DNA of 64,000 bases, taken from positions 2,356,001-2,420,000 of the forward strand of contig OY740814.1 in NCBI GenBank assembly GCA_963514005.1, given 5' to 3'. This document shows positions 35,823-49,490 of this stretch, piece by piece (the stretch's first letter is position 1; every line of letters begins with the position of its first letter). A program made the translations under genes and the position numbers. This DNA is from Raja brachyura. Taxonomy: Eukaryota. The notes under the pieces are model-generated. The model was given only the letters and a program-made list of their open reading frames with translations. It was not told the DNA's origin and searched no databases.

Positions 35823-36749
35823 ATAACAAACAAAAATGAAATTGAGTATGTATAGACCAAACAGTAACAGGATAAAAGGATTATCATTCATGGGCTGCTT
35901 CTCCCTCAGAAGGGATGGTCCAGTTTACTCTACCTTCTTGCCAATGTTGAGGAAGTAATTAGTTATTTTGGGACAACACTTGGCAGCAGACACAGAACGG
36001 ACCCAAGTCTGCAGCAACAGGTTAGTTATTAGTTATTCTTGCTCACTGTTCCGTGGTTTGGGCTCCGGTCCCAACAGGAAAGCTGAGGATGATCTATACT
36101 TGATGGCTACTGGGACCACGGCTTAAATGGGCGTTTGCCAATGTGGAAACTCAGCCTTAATAGCTCAGGGTTTCAGGCAAGTTGATACAATATTCAAGAC
36201 CAAGCCTTTTAGGAAGGATGATTGGGCAGCTTGGATACAGCAGAGTGCGTGGGAAAACTCTGCCTTGTATTGTGTTATGGTGCAGCAGCGATGGCCAATG
36301 AGGGATTCTGAGCAGCTGCAGAGTGGGCTATGGCAAGTTAATTCATCTTTTGTGGGTACCACCCTGCATCCACTCAGCTTGTTACAGCTAAATCAGCTCG
36401 GACAGCTGTGGAGACCAAGTCAATGATTTGCTATCTATGCTTCATTGTCACCTTCCCCTAGCTACCTTCGCCTTGCGCTTTTTCCCCTTTGATGTCTCAT
36501 TTCACACCTCACCCTTCCATATCTGTGTCTCCCCCTCTCCCATGACTCTCTGAAGAAGGGTCTCTACCCAAAATGTCACCCATTCCTTCTATCCAGAGAT
36601 GCTGCCTGACCCGTTGAGTTACTCCAGCACTCTGTGAAACGTCACCTATCCATGTTCTCCACAGATGCTGCCTGATAGTAATGAGAAATGATTAGGAAGC
36701 AAACAAACTAGGAGAAGCTGGTGATGCTTACACAGTGGCTGATGTCTTA

Positions 36750-37057
36750 AAGCCCTGTCCCACGGTACATTCCAAGAGCTCTCCCGAGTTTGCCCTGATT
36801 TGAACTTGGAGATTTACAGTAATGGCCACTCGTCGGTACTCTGGGCTCTCGTGGACATTTTTCAACATGTTGAAAAATCTTCACGAGTTTCTCGTGCTTA
36901 CCTGCCGTTAGCAAGCCTTCCCGAGTACCTGCCGTTAGCGCTAAGAGACTTCCCCGAGCTCCGACGTACCCGGTACGTTCATTCTCCGTGTTTACCATGA
37001 TTTGTTTTAAAACTCGGGAGAGCTCTTGGAATGAACTCGTACCGTGGGACAGGGCTG
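36750..37057. mobile_element. Harbinger-type MITE (family B)
   Basis: AGCCCTGTCCCACGGTAC / GTACCGTGGGACAGGGCT; TTA TSD; homologous to 44145-44440. Confidence 0.88.
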
Positions 37058-37509
37058 TTACTGTTTGATAGCATTTACCTGCTGGAAATCATTTTCAAAA
37101 CATCCACTAACCTTGGATTTTCGATCCTTGTAGAACGTCTTGATGGATTTTACAATTTGTTCTCTGCTGCAAATTAAACATTCTTCTTACAAAGTATTCT
37201 TCTTAAGTTGGCATTTGTTTACTTCTTGATTAAACAGCCTGTAATTTTGTCCCTTAGCTCGTCTCTAACTGGTATTTACTTGTTTGTATCAATGTTTATT
37301 CTTTACTACATAATCTGTTGGCTCTTCATTTGAAAGGATTAGCTTCCTTTTACCAAAGTCTCATGCCAAATGGAATTACGGGAAGATTCTGCGATACTCC
37401 AGTTCCTGTAATACTGTAGAACACTGCCAATTAAAATCATACTTTTTTTTTACAGTTAGAAACTATATCATTTGTGTGTTTAAAAAACAAAACTGAATAT
37501 GTTGGAAGC

Positions 37510-37785
37510 AAGGTGGTGCAGCGGTAGAGCTGCTGCCTTACAGAAACAGAAACTCGAGTTCGATCCTGACCACGGGTGCTGTCTGTACGGAGTTTTACGT
37601 TCTCCCTGTGACTGCGTGGGTTTTTTCCGGGTACGCCGATATCCTTCCACACTCCAAAGATGGGCAGGTTTGTAGGTTAATTGGCTTCTGTAAATTGTCC
37701 CCCAGTGTGTGGGATAGAACACATGTCAGCGCAGACTTGATGGGCTGAAGAGCCTGTTTCTGCGCTGTATCTATAAACTAAACTA
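37510..37785 (+). mobile_element. HE1 SINE
   Basis: Consensus similarity. Confidence 0.85.
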
Positions 37786-39802
37786 GAATTTCAGGTCAAT
37801 GGACCTCGACAGAATTAGGCAAATGAGAAACCAAGGTTATTAAGTTGCAATGAAGTGGAGAGAAGGGCACAGGGTGAAGTGCAAAGTTGTTGAGTTAACA
37901 ATTACCTTAAAGAAAACCGCTTCTGAGGTCAGAAATAAAAAGAAAAACAAATTAATTCTGTAAGACGCATCCAAGTATGTTGGCAGAGAGAAGGAAACGG
38001 CGCGATTTGTTTTGTTTATTGTCACGTGTACATATATACAATAAAAATAATGTTGTTGCGTGCTAACCAGTCAGCGGAAAGACTATACGTGATTACAATC
38101 GAGCCGCCCACAGTGTACAGATACAGGATGAAGGGAATGATGTATAGTGCAAGACAATGTGCAGCTATGTCTGACTAACGATAGTTGGATGGGTGGACTG
38201 AGGGCTGTCGTGGACCGAGGCAAGTAGCTCTGCAAGTTCACTTTCGGCTGCATTGGAGCAATGCGACTGGTTGAGTCAGCAAGGTTAAAATGTGAGTGGG
38301 ACTATGAATTAACGTGTACTTGCACTGCCCTTCCACCTGTATCCCTCTCTGCGGCATTGCATCTCTCCAGATCTCACACCCTTGTGTCTACTTTTCATAA
38401 GTTCATAAGTCATAGGAGCAGAATTAGGCCATTCAGCCCATCAAGTCTACTCCGCCATTCACTCATGGTTGATCTCTCTTTCCCTCTCAACCCTATTCTC
38501 CTGCCTTCTTCCCATAAACCCTGACACCTCTAGACTTTGTCACTTACTCCACCCATCTGCCAATTATACCTCCCCACCTGTATCCACCTATCACTTGCCA
38601 GGCTTTGTCCCGCTCCACCCCTCCTATTTCCAGCTTGTCCCCCCCCCCCCGCCCCCCCCCCCCCCCCCAATTTGAAGAAGGGTCCCTACTTGAAACGTCG
38701 CCTGCCCATTCCCTGGGCAGATGCTGCCTGACCTGCTGAGTTCCTCCAGCACTTTGTGTTTTGCACAAGATTCCAGCATCTGCAGTTTCTTGAGTCTACA
38801 AGGAATGAAAGAGGCAGGTGACTGGAAGCTCAGGGGTGGTCTTGTGGGCTCAGTAAAGGTGTCTACAGGTTGATCAGCCAATATGCACTGGCTTTCTTCA
38901 ATGTGTATCAGACAATATCTGCATTAAAAGCAAAATAGTTATTAGTCTATAATTACACCTCTCAGAACGATCTGTAGCATTATGAAACAGAAAATGGTTT
39001 GCAGGTTAATTTATGTGTCAAATTTTGAAGCATGGTTTTATATTATTGTGGATTAAGATTCACATACCATAGTCACCAAAGTCCTTTTTCCAAGACTCAA
39101 TTTTCTACTTTAACTTTTTGGTCATAAGTAAAGCCCCATCATCTTTTAAGAGCTTCCAAATTAGTCCACTGAGAAAATCTGATTGTATTTTATTTCCGTG
39201 TGATGTACGAATAATTTACCTGCAAGTTTCCTTTCTTTCAGTTGATGGATAATGTTCAGAAAATATGTGGGACGTCACGGTGGCGCAGCGGTAGAGTTGC
39301 TGCTTTGCAGCGCTAGTGACCTGGGTTCGATCCTGACTACGGGTGCTGTCTGTACAGAGTTTGTACGTTCTCCCTGTGACCGTGTGGGCTTTCTCTGGGT
39401 GCTGTGGGACAAGTCTCGGAGTGCAGGAATTGAAGAACAGAAGCTGGGTCAAAATAATGACTGCAAAAGTGAATTATGTAATATTGGATAATTCGGTATT
39501 GATTTGACGGCCCAAATTTAAAATACACTTTGAGGCATTCTAGAGGTGACGCCAATCTCCGTCTCTGCACTCTATTTGCATTTCCGGTCCTCAGTAGTAT
39601 TCGTTACTGCGTTACAAATACAAACTTCAACCCCAATGGTTGTGAGATTCATTTGAACTGAGAGTGGTCTGGAAAATAGACACTAATTGAACTGATGGGC
39701 TGGAGAATGAATGAACTAAGCAGCAGAGTACAAGCACTTTATTCGTCTTAGTCTTTGTAAAGTGTCGTCAATAGTGAGGCCATATGACATGCCCAGCAAG
39801 TC

Positions 39803-40360
39803 ATAGTAGAGTCATAGAGCCTCACAGTTTGGAAACAGGCCCCTCGGCCCAACTTGCCCACACCGCTCAACATGTCCCAACTACACTAGTCCCTCCAGCC
39901 CATGTTTGGCCCATATCCCTCTTAAACCTCTCCTATCCATGTACCTGTCTATATGGTTCTTAAACTTTGCGATAGTCCCTGCATCAACTACCTCCTCCAG
40001 CAGCTTGTTCCACCACACTTTGTGTGACAAAGTTACCCCTCAGGTTCCTATTAAATCTTTCCATCATCATCTTAACCCTATGTTCTCTGGTTTTCGATTC
40101 CCCTACTCTAGGCAAGAGGCTTCGTGCGTCGACCCGATCTATTCCTCTCATGACATTGTACACCTCTATAAGATTATCCCTCTCATGTGCTCCAAGGAAT
40201 AGAGTCCCAGCCTGCTCAGCCTCTCCCCACAGCTCAGACCCTCGAGTCCTGGCAACATCCTCGTCAAACTTCTCTGCACCCTTTCCAGCTTGATAACCTA
40301 TGTCCTCTGCTTCTCGACTCCCCTGCTCTGAGCAAGAGACTCTGTGCGCCTACCCGATCT
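39803..40360 (-). mobile_element. CR1/HER1 3' fragment with internal duplication
   Basis: Homologous to 1755-1925 and to the CR1 termini. Confidence 0.85.
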
Positions 40361-41114
40361 AGTCCTCCCATTGAATCCAAAGAAAAACTCGATCCAAATA
40401 ATGACAGGTGCAAATAGTCAGTTCTAAGACAGACATACAAGTAAGTTTATTGGCTAAGTATTCACATACAAGGAATTTGCCTTGGTGCTCCGCCCACAAG
40501 TAACAACATGACACACAGTGACAGTTACGAATGACTCAGAAAACACTTAACATTAATAATAATAGTGTGAATATAAAAGAGTGGATAAAGTAAAGTTGTA
40601 GATCCTGTATTGAATTAAAAAACAACTTGTTGGGGCAAGTAAGAGGTGACACCCATTTTCTTCTGTACACTCAATTTGAATGATTCTGTCAACCTTATCC
40701 CTGCTTTACAGAATACAGGTTTCACCACCCCCTGCTAGTGAGGTTCATTTAATCTGAAAGCCCTCTGGAATATCTGAGTCAACACTCGTGTCAACGATTT
40801 AGATGCATGAATTCACAATTGTGCTTCAGTTTGACTTCTGCAGGCACTTACAGGAACTTGCAGATGAGTATTTAATGCAGATTGTCACTCCTGTTGTTTA
40901 AAATATCGGATAAAAGGAGTGCTTCATCATCGCCCATTTTATCCATTTCCTGCACGAAGCTGAAGTCCAATCTGTTAAAGTAGGAAGTGGTGTTGGAGTT
41001 ATTTACTCAAAATGACCATTCTTCTGAATGAATTGAATGAGAATAAACTCAAAGCATTTACAGAGTTTATGAATTGACTCGGTGGGAGAGTAGAGGAAAT
41101 GTAAGCACCATGCA

Positions 41115-41408
41115 TTTAGTTTAGAGATACAGCGTGGAAACAGGCCCTTCTGCCCACCGAGTCCATGCTCCCAGCACGCTAACATTATCCTACACGCACG
41201 AGGGACAGTTTACACTTGTACCAAGTCAATTAACCTACAAAACGTGTACTGCTTTGGAGTGTGGGAGGAAACCGAAGATCCCGGAGAAAACCCACGCAGG
41301 TCACGGGGAGAACGTACAAACTCTGTACAGACGGCACCCGTGGTTGGGATCGAACCTGGGTCTCTGGCGCTGCAAGCGCTGTAAGGCAGCAACTCTACCG
41401 CTGTGCCA
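41115..41408 (-). mobile_element. HE1 SINE full length
   Basis: Consensus similarity. Confidence 0.9.
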
Positions 41409-42182
41409 TCTTCTAGGAACTGAGGTTAGACTATAGATTTGTACTATTAAGGTTAGCATAATATTACTTTAATGTATTTTTGATATTCATATATTATCTG
41501 CTTGTTACCGCGTTTGCGGGCCTGTTGTGTTGCAGCAAATAAGAATCGAATTGTTCCGTTATCGGTACATGTGACAATTAAACACTCTTGAATGCCGACA
41601 TATTTAAATAAAACTGATCTCCATTCAACTTGCTCCAGAATATGGCAATGTGGTCCAAACCTGTGCAGAATGCTGAGTTCTATTGATTTTTTAAGTCTGA
41701 AGTGGTCAGTAACTTGGCTGTGTTACACGCGATTTCTGTCAGAAACATTTGTTCCCATTGAGAAGGCCATATTTCATGGTGAGGCGGAGTGACGGATTGA
41801 ATGGTGCGCTGATTCCATGTCACCGCAGTGACTGCTGTTGCATTGTGCAACAAATGCAACGGGAAAAAAGATGACAATAAAGCGTGCGACACTGTCATTT
41901 TGTTTTTGTTCTGGCCTTTAAAAGGCCCTGAAGTGTGTCAACACGTTCTCCCTGCGTCTTTCAGATTCCATAGTAAATCACCAGCGATATAAAAGCACAC
42001 CTCACTGCCAGCTGACTGATAACATGAATCATCTCCCATAAATATTATGACAACTGGGATTAGAATGTGGGTGGTGTAAGGGGCCTAATAACTCTGGCCA
42101 GGGCCCCAGAAATGAGAAGCTCATTTTATTCAGCAGCGCCAGTAAACATTAAATGCAGATGTTGCTTCAACTCTATGGGGGT

Positions 42183-42830
42183 GGCGCGGCACGGTGGCGC
42201 AGCGGTAGAGTTGCTGCCTCACAGCGCCAGGGTCCCGGGTTCAATCCTGACAATGGGTGCTGTCTGTACGGTGTTTGTATGTTCTCCCCTATGAGTTTTC
42301 TCCGGGTGCTCCGGTTTCCTCCTGCACTCCAAAGACATGCAGGTTTGTAGGTTAATTGGTTTTGGTACAATTGTAACGAATTGTTAGGCAATAGATTCTT
42401 ATAATACAGGTCTGGAGGTTGGGCATTGAACAGGCATGTTATAATGTTGAATGCTGGTCGGTGCCGACTGAATGGGCATAAGGGCCTGTTTCTGTTCTGT
42501 ATCACTAAACTAAACCAAGATCCTACTGTCCGACAACTGGCTAGGATGTAAAAACCAGATAGACACAAAAAGCTGCACCGACCAGTGATCCCCGCACATT
42601 AACACTACCCTACACATACTGGGGAAAATTCACATTTACACCAAGCCAATTAACCTACATACCTGTACGTCTTTGGAGTGTGGGAGGAAACTGAAGAACT
42701 CGGAGAAAATCCACGCAGGTCACGGGGAGAACGTACAAACTCTGCACAGACAGCACCTGTAGTCAGAATTGAACCCAGGTCTCCAACGCTGTGAGGCAGC
42801 AACTCTACCGCTGCACGACTGTGCCTCCCT
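42183..42830. mobile_element. Two HE1 SINEs (plus 42183-42515; minus 42575-42830)
   Basis: Consensus similarity. Confidence 0.85.
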
Positions 42831-43619
42831 TGTTCAGAGATGTTGCTTGATCCACTGAGTTACTCTAGCGTTCTGTACGTATCTTCTCTTCTATCCAACT
42901 TTTCCCAATCTTCCCCGCTTTTGAAAACAACCTTATTTTCTCTCTTTCCTGGTTCTGAGGAAGAATCCCAGACGCCAAGCATTAATGCTGTTTCTTTTCC
43001 CACAGATGCTGCCTGACCTGCGGGGCATTCCCTGTATCTTCTGGCTTTATTTCAGGCATGCAGCATCTGCAGATATTTGCATTTGCTCCCACTGCAGATA
43101 CAGTCCAATCATTATCATGCGTCGACGGTAATTCTTCACAAAGCAAGTTATTTGCTATTCTCCATTCATCTTTCCCCTGTGTCCCTGGTATTGCTATAAC
43201 CACGGAATAATCCAATCATTCACACAACTCGAGAAGCACATTTAAATGACTTCTGAAATATTCACATGCACATGGATTGCAATGTTGAATAGATTGAAGC
43301 AACGGACTTCATGTTAAGTAGAAAATTGCTTTTGGGATCAATGCACATGATAAAACCGCAATTAATTTGCAGCCACAGTGAGTTGAATTTGTGCCAAGTA
43401 GTTTGGGTTAGGGACATTTTAATAGTCGTGTGTCATTCCTCGGTGGAGAATGTAAACATAATGTTGACGTATTTATATTAAGCAGGCTAACTAACCCCTT
43501 GGTACCATTAATATCAATTCAGAAGTATCATGTACATAACACGCACCATTGTCGTGGGAAATAACGTTCTCACTGGATCATACTGTACGTTCCCTTAAAC
43601 ATACATTGGCTTCCCAGCA

Positions 43620-43965
43620 TTTGACGGCACTGGGCCTGTACTCGCTGGAGTTTAGAAGGATGAGGGGAGACCTCAGTGATACTTAATGAATAGTTAAAGG
43701 CCTGGGTAGAGTGGATGTGGAGAAGATGTTTCCACTAGTGGGAGAGTGTAGGACCAGACGCCATAGCCTCAGAATTAAAGGACGTTCCATTAGGAAGGAG
43801 GCGAGGAGGAATTTCTTTAGTCAGAGGTGGGTGAATCTGTGGAATTATTTGCCACAGAGGCTCAGGAGACCAAGTCAGGGATATTTTTAAGGCAGAGATA
43901 GTTAGATTCGTGATTAGTACGGATGTCAGGGGTTGCGGGGAGAAGGCAGGAGAATGGGGTTAGAT
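43620..43965 (+). mobile_element. CR1/HER1 3' fragment
   Basis: 'LGLYSLEFRRMRGDL' region onward. Confidence 0.85.
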
Positions 43966-43967
43966 GG

Positions 43968-44090
43968 AATCAGTGGAAGGGAGGTTGGCTTGTGTGATGG
44001 TCTGGGCTGCATCTGCAATTCTCTGTCATTTCTTGCTGCCTTGGGTGGAGCAGTTCCCAAACCATGGTGTGATGCATCCCGATAAAATGA
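43968..44090 (-). mobile_element. Rex1/Babar LINE ORF remnant
   Basis: Minus frame 'ILSGCITPWFGNCSTQGSKK*QRIADAAQTI' resembles the Rex1 'SILTGCITAWYGNC...LQRVV..AQ' motif. Confidence 0.7.
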
Positions 44091-44144
44091 TAAAATGCTA
44101 TTATGCATTGTTTTGGCAGAGAGGACAATCTTCAGTAAACCTTA

Positions 44145-44440
44145 AGGGGCTGTCCCACTGTTCGAGCTAATTCAAGAGTTTCCCCTGATTTGAACTTGGA
44201 GAATTACGGTAATAGCTGCTCGTAGGTATCGGAGCTCTCGTGGACATTTTTCAACATGTTGAAAAATCTTCACGAGCTTACCGCGTTTCCCGAGTACCTG
44301 CCGTTAGCGTTACGAGCCGCTAAGAGACGTCCCGCGCTCCGACGAACCTGCTACGTATATTCTACGTGCTTGCCATGAGTTTGATTTTTGTTTAAACTTG
44401 GGAGAGCTCTTGAATTAGCTCGTACAGTGGGACAGCCCCT
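44145..44440. mobile_element. Harbinger-type MITE (family B)
   Basis: AGGGGCTGTCCCACTGT..GAGCTAATTCAAGAG TIRs; TTA TSD. Confidence 0.9.
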
Positions 44441-45231
44441 TTAGACGTAACAATCTGATTTACTCTTAATGGTGCAAAACCCAATGGAGTCAATGAATAT
44501 GGCGTGATTGGCCCTTTGAGCTGTTTTTATCCACAGTATAGATGGGGATCTGACTCACTATATCAGTGGGTGTCATCACATCTTCTGAAATCTTGAAAAC
44601 AAACCACTTATTGTAAACAAAACAAGGGTGCACTTGGTTTGTGGGAACTTTATGAGGCACCAAACCACATTTATCAACATCAGGCCAAGAAAATCAAGAT
44701 ATTGTGGCTTCCAAGACGTCATTGTGGATTGGAGTTTCTGACTTGCAAACCCAGGTTCCTTGATGAGGCTTTTTCAACTGGAGACGCTGGGACACCAGTA
44801 AACAACGCAAAAGTCATTCCGTAACAAGTGACCTTCAACTAAGTGTGGCTGCAATCACTATTAACATTTGCCTTTATTTTTCATTCCTGCATCTTTTCAG
44901 TCATGAAGTGCCCATTTGACTTACTAAGTCATTTTAGATTTAGAACCGTTCAGTGGGAACTTTGTATATTGCATTTTGGTTTCAATGTGTAGTTATTTTA
45001 TGTCTTTGCAACACTTTTTATGAATTGTACATTTTGTGATAGGTGCAGAATGTAGAAGTATTTTAATGAGACTGAGTGTAATATGAAGCATCGCTTATTA
45101 CTAAGCTGCAACCCAATTTCAAATGTGATATGGATTGGTGCACAAGGCTGTAGAGAGAACGGAGCTGGTTTAGCTCAGTACATGGCTCTGTAAGATGGTG
45201 GTTTCTCAGCCTGGAATCTAATGGCGTGCTG

Positions 45232-46287
45232 CATAGAGTTATACAGCATGGAAACAGGCCCTTTGGCCCAACCTGCCCATGCTGTCCAAGCTACCCCGTC
45301 TGTACTAGTCCCACCTGCCTGCATTTGGCCCATATCCCTCTAAATGTTTCCTGTCCATTGTTCCTGTCCAAATGCCTTTTAAATGTTGCTATAGTACTTG
45401 CCTCAACTACATCGTCTGGCAGCTCATTCCATAAACCCACCATCCTCTGTGTGAAACAGTTGCCCCTCAGATTCCTATTAACTCTTTCCCCTTTCACCTT
45501 CGACCTCAACTCTGGGTAAAATACTCTGTTGTATTGTCACCTTTTGGCCAAACCCTTGTCCAATGGCTCCTTTGCAGTTGTGGTAGTTGTCGTCTATTTT
45601 CCTTTGGAAGGCATCTTCTCCCAGAGTGCTCCGGTCTCCCCCCATATTCCAAAGACGTGGAGGTTGGTAGGTTAATTGGCTCCTGTAAAATTGCCTCTAG
45701 TGTGTAGGATAGAACTAGTGTGCAGATAGATGATAGCTGGTCGGCATGGACTTGGTGTGCCATAGGGCCAGTTTCTACAATGTATCTCCAAACTAAGCTA
45801 AAGATCAAGCTGCAGGGAACGGAGGGATATGAATCATGGACAGGCAGATGAGATCAGTTCGGCACAAACATTGCGGACCGAAGGGCCTGCCCCATGTTTT
45901 ATGGTTGTGGGAGAGAGAATTCCAGAGCTTTGGAAGTTAGTGTAGCATTGGATTGAAATTGGCTTAAGGTCATAAGTAATAGGAGTAGAATTAGGCCATT
46001 CGGCCCATCAAGTCTATTCCGCCATACAATCATGGCTGATCTATTTCTCCCTCCTAACCTCATTCTCCTGCCTTCTCCCCATAACCTCCGACACCCGTAC
46101 TAATCTGGAATCTATCTATCATTGCCTTAAAAATATATCCACTGACTTGGCCTCCACAGCCTTCTGTGGCAAAAAATTCCACAGATTCGCCACCGACTAA
46201 AGAAATTTCTCCTCATCTGTTTCCTAAAAGAACGTCTTTTAATTCTGAGGATATGGCCTCTAGTCCTAGACTCTCCCACTAGTGGAA
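45232..46287. mobile_element. CR1 3' ends (45232-45527, 45965-46287 minus) and partial HE1 SINE (45620-45800 plus)
   Basis: 'FTQRMVGLWNELP...TFKRHLD' and shared termini. Confidence 0.8.
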
Positions 46288-46831
46288 GGCGGAGAAGTGC
46301 TGGGATGTTGGGTTGGATAGGGCTTGTTGGGTTTGTTGGTTTATCGATCTGGTTGGATTGGACTTGTTGGGTTTGTCGAGCTGGGTGAGGTTGCAGAAAC
46401 CCAAGCCCGTGGAGGGGTTTGAAAATAATGATAAGAAAACGGAGACATTGTGGATTTGTAAGCTTTGCAGATCAATCAGAACAAGTTAGTCTTTGTCTAC
46501 CATTGTCAGCTCACCTGCCCGTTAATAATGAAAGAGTTCTTTTGAAAGGAAACGCAGAAGGGATGTAATTGACTGCAGGAGATGAACAAGTGTGGAAAGC
46601 AGAGATGACGCCGGCAGCAGGTGTAGGCTAATGGTCCCTCTCTGATGCTGCTTGCGTTTAGCGAGGAGAATAGTTTGACATTTAACTGTAAATGTATCTG
46701 ACTGGCAAACAGTCCCAACTTCATTATTCCCCCAGTCTACAGCAGCTGCCTGTAAATTGGTGAGGTTAATTAGTGGAGGGGAAATGGCTCGCTATTTCTG
46801 TAATTTGCAACGTACAAACCAGGAGGATAGA

Positions 46832-47087
46832 AAAGAGGGTGGTGAATCTTTAGTCAGAGGCCGGTGAATCTGTGGAATTATTTGCCACAGAAGGCTGTGG
46901 AGGCAATCAGAGGATATTTTTAAGGCAGAGATAGATATTCTTGATTAGTACAGGTGTCAGTGGTTACGGGGAGAAGGCAGGAGAATGGCGTTAGGAGGGA
47001 GAGATAGATCAGCCTTGATTGAATGGTGGAGTAGACTTGATGGGCCGAATGGCCTAATTCTGCTCCTATCCCTTATGATCTTATGAC
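46832..47087 (+). mobile_element. CR1/HER1 3' end
   Basis: Shared terminus. Confidence 0.85.
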
Positions 47088-47494
47088 CACTGGATGTAGA
47101 TACAGAATTTGATCACCTGACCTCGCTTGGCACCTCCCGCTCAACACAAGCCATTGGCTGTCCGTTCACCTGTCCATCCTCCTAGATGGTCCCCCATGCC
47201 AGATGGACAATGCCCAATAGGACAATTGACCACAAGTCCGTTTCCTTCCTTGTCCGCAAATCTATTTCTTTTACCCAGAGATAATGAACTGCAGGTACTG
47301 GTTTACCCAGTAAAGACGTAAAGTGCTGGAGTAACTCAGCGGGTCAGGCAGCATCTCTGGAGAACATGGATAGGTGACGTTTCGGGTCTGGAAAAGAGTC
47401 CTGCTCCGAAATGTCCCCTGTCCATGTTCTCCAGAGATGCTGCCTGACCCGCTGAGTTACCTTCTGGGACACTTTGTGTCTTTCCTGTTCCTTC

Positions 47495-47735
47495 TATATG
47501 TATATGTATCATGTATATGTCTATGTATGTGTGTATACATGGGTCGTTGTCTGTGTGTGGCTGTGCATATATATGTATGTATACATATATGTCTATGCGG
47601 TTATGTGCATATTTATGTATATATATATATATCTCTACCTATATATGTGTGTGCGTATATAAATATATATGTGTGTGTATGTATGCATATATGTGTGTGT
47701 GTATATATGCGTGTGTATAAATATATATGTGTGCA
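47495..47735. repeat. Degenerate (TA/TG)n microsatellite
   Basis: Direct inspection; lies between PLE fragments. Confidence 0.95.
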
Positions 47736-48329
47736 AATGAGTCTGAAGAACGGTCTTGACGCAAAACATCACTTATAACTTCTCTCCAGAGATGCTGCTG
47801 ACCCAGCTTTTTGAGTTACTCCAGTTTTTTGTGTCTAACTTTGGTTTAAACCAGCATCTGCAGTACCAGGGAGTTAAAATCCAGCTCTCAGAAGTAAAAC
47901 TGAGAAAAAATCTACTAGTCCAAAACACTGCAGGTACAATCACTATGCTTAAAAAGACATTCTGACAGGTACATGTCATAGGACAGGTTTAGAGGGATCT
48001 GGTCCAAATGCAGGCAGGTCGGACTAGTGCAGATGTGACATATTGGATGGCATGGGCAAGTTGGGCAGAAGGGCCTGTTTCCACACTGTGTGACTCTAAG
48101 AGTTGTCTTCTTTAGAGAAACTGTTTAGTTCAGCCTCATTTGTGGGCTAAATTCCGAGGCAACGCTAGGCTAATGTTATGATTGGATTCCGAACACCAAG
48201 CTGATTTCTAGTTAATGAACTGTAACTAACAACAAGTTCCAGTGCTTCTTTCCCGTTAACAATGGGTCTGGGTCTGGATGTAATACGCAACTGAGTGACT
48301 CCGAGACAGTTTTTTAAAACATTTTATCA

Positions 48330-48512
48330 AGTCAATTAACTAACAAACCTTCACGTCTTGAGTGTGGGAGGAAACCGAAGATCTCGGAGAAAACCCACGC
48401 GGAGAACGTACAAACTCCATACAGACAGCACCCGTAGTCGGGATCAAATCCGGGTCTCTGGCGCTGCATTTTGCTGTAAGGCAGCAACTCTGCCGCTGCG
48501 CCACCGTGCCTG
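48330..48512 (-). mobile_element. HE1 SINE 5' part
   Basis: Head + V-domain. Confidence 0.85.
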
Positions 48513-48979
48513 CCCATATTGACACTGCAGGTTCATCTTGTTATTGTAGAAAGCACAGTTTATTCTTTCAGCGGGACGTGATCCAGAGACATGGGAATGG
48601 ATTCTGGTCCTGGCTGTCCTCCAGCTAAGTATTGGTATCTCTGCTGGGCCTCCAGAAAAAACAGCAAGTTTTAAACTCCTTGCTGCAAATCACACACAGT
48701 TTATTATTCCTGAGGACTGTGACAATCCCACTTTGGTGTGCAAGTTGACATGTTCCCTTGTGAAAATGCAAAGGGCACTGACACAGAAGGGCCTTTGCCC
48801 CACTGCCAGTCCTAGGGGAAATGTGCTTCAGTGATGTACTGGGCGTGTGTTTAAATTCTGTGTCACTTGTGTTGATAACTAATCATTCTCAGCAACCGAA
48901 TAAGGCACAAGACGTTCTCAGTCTATCCACAAATATACAGAAAGCAAAATACAGCTTGAAAAAGCAGCAAAGGATGATG

Positions 48980-49490
48980 GGCGTCACGGTGGTGCAGCGG
49001 TAGAGTCGCTGCCTCTCAGCCCCAGAGACCCGGGTTCGATCCTGACCCTGGGTGCTGTCTGCATGGGTTTCCTCCGGGTGCTCCAGTTTCCTCCCACGTC
49101 CCAAAGACGTGCAGGTTTGTAGGTTGATTGGCCTCAGTAAGTGTGCAGGGAGTGGACGAGCATGTGGGATAACATAGCACTAGTGTGAACGGTGGGAGAG
49201 TCGGGGACCAGAGGTCACAGCCTCAGAATTAAAGGGTGCTCTTATAGAAAGGAGGTGAGGAGGAACTTCTTTAGTCAGAGGGTGATGAATCTGTGGAACT
49301 CATTACCACAGAGGGCTGTGGAGGCCAAGTCAGTGGATATTGTTTAGGCAGAGATAGACAAATTCTTGATTAGAACGGGTGTCAAGGTTAATGGGGAGAA
49401 GGCAGGAAAATGTGATTAGGAGGCAGACATCAGCCATGATTGAATGGCGAAGTGGACTCGAAGGGCCGAACGGCCTAATTCTCCTCCTAG
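48980..49490 (+). mobile_element. HE1 SINE followed by CR1 3' end (49192-49490)
   Basis: Consensus similarity. Confidence 0.8.
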
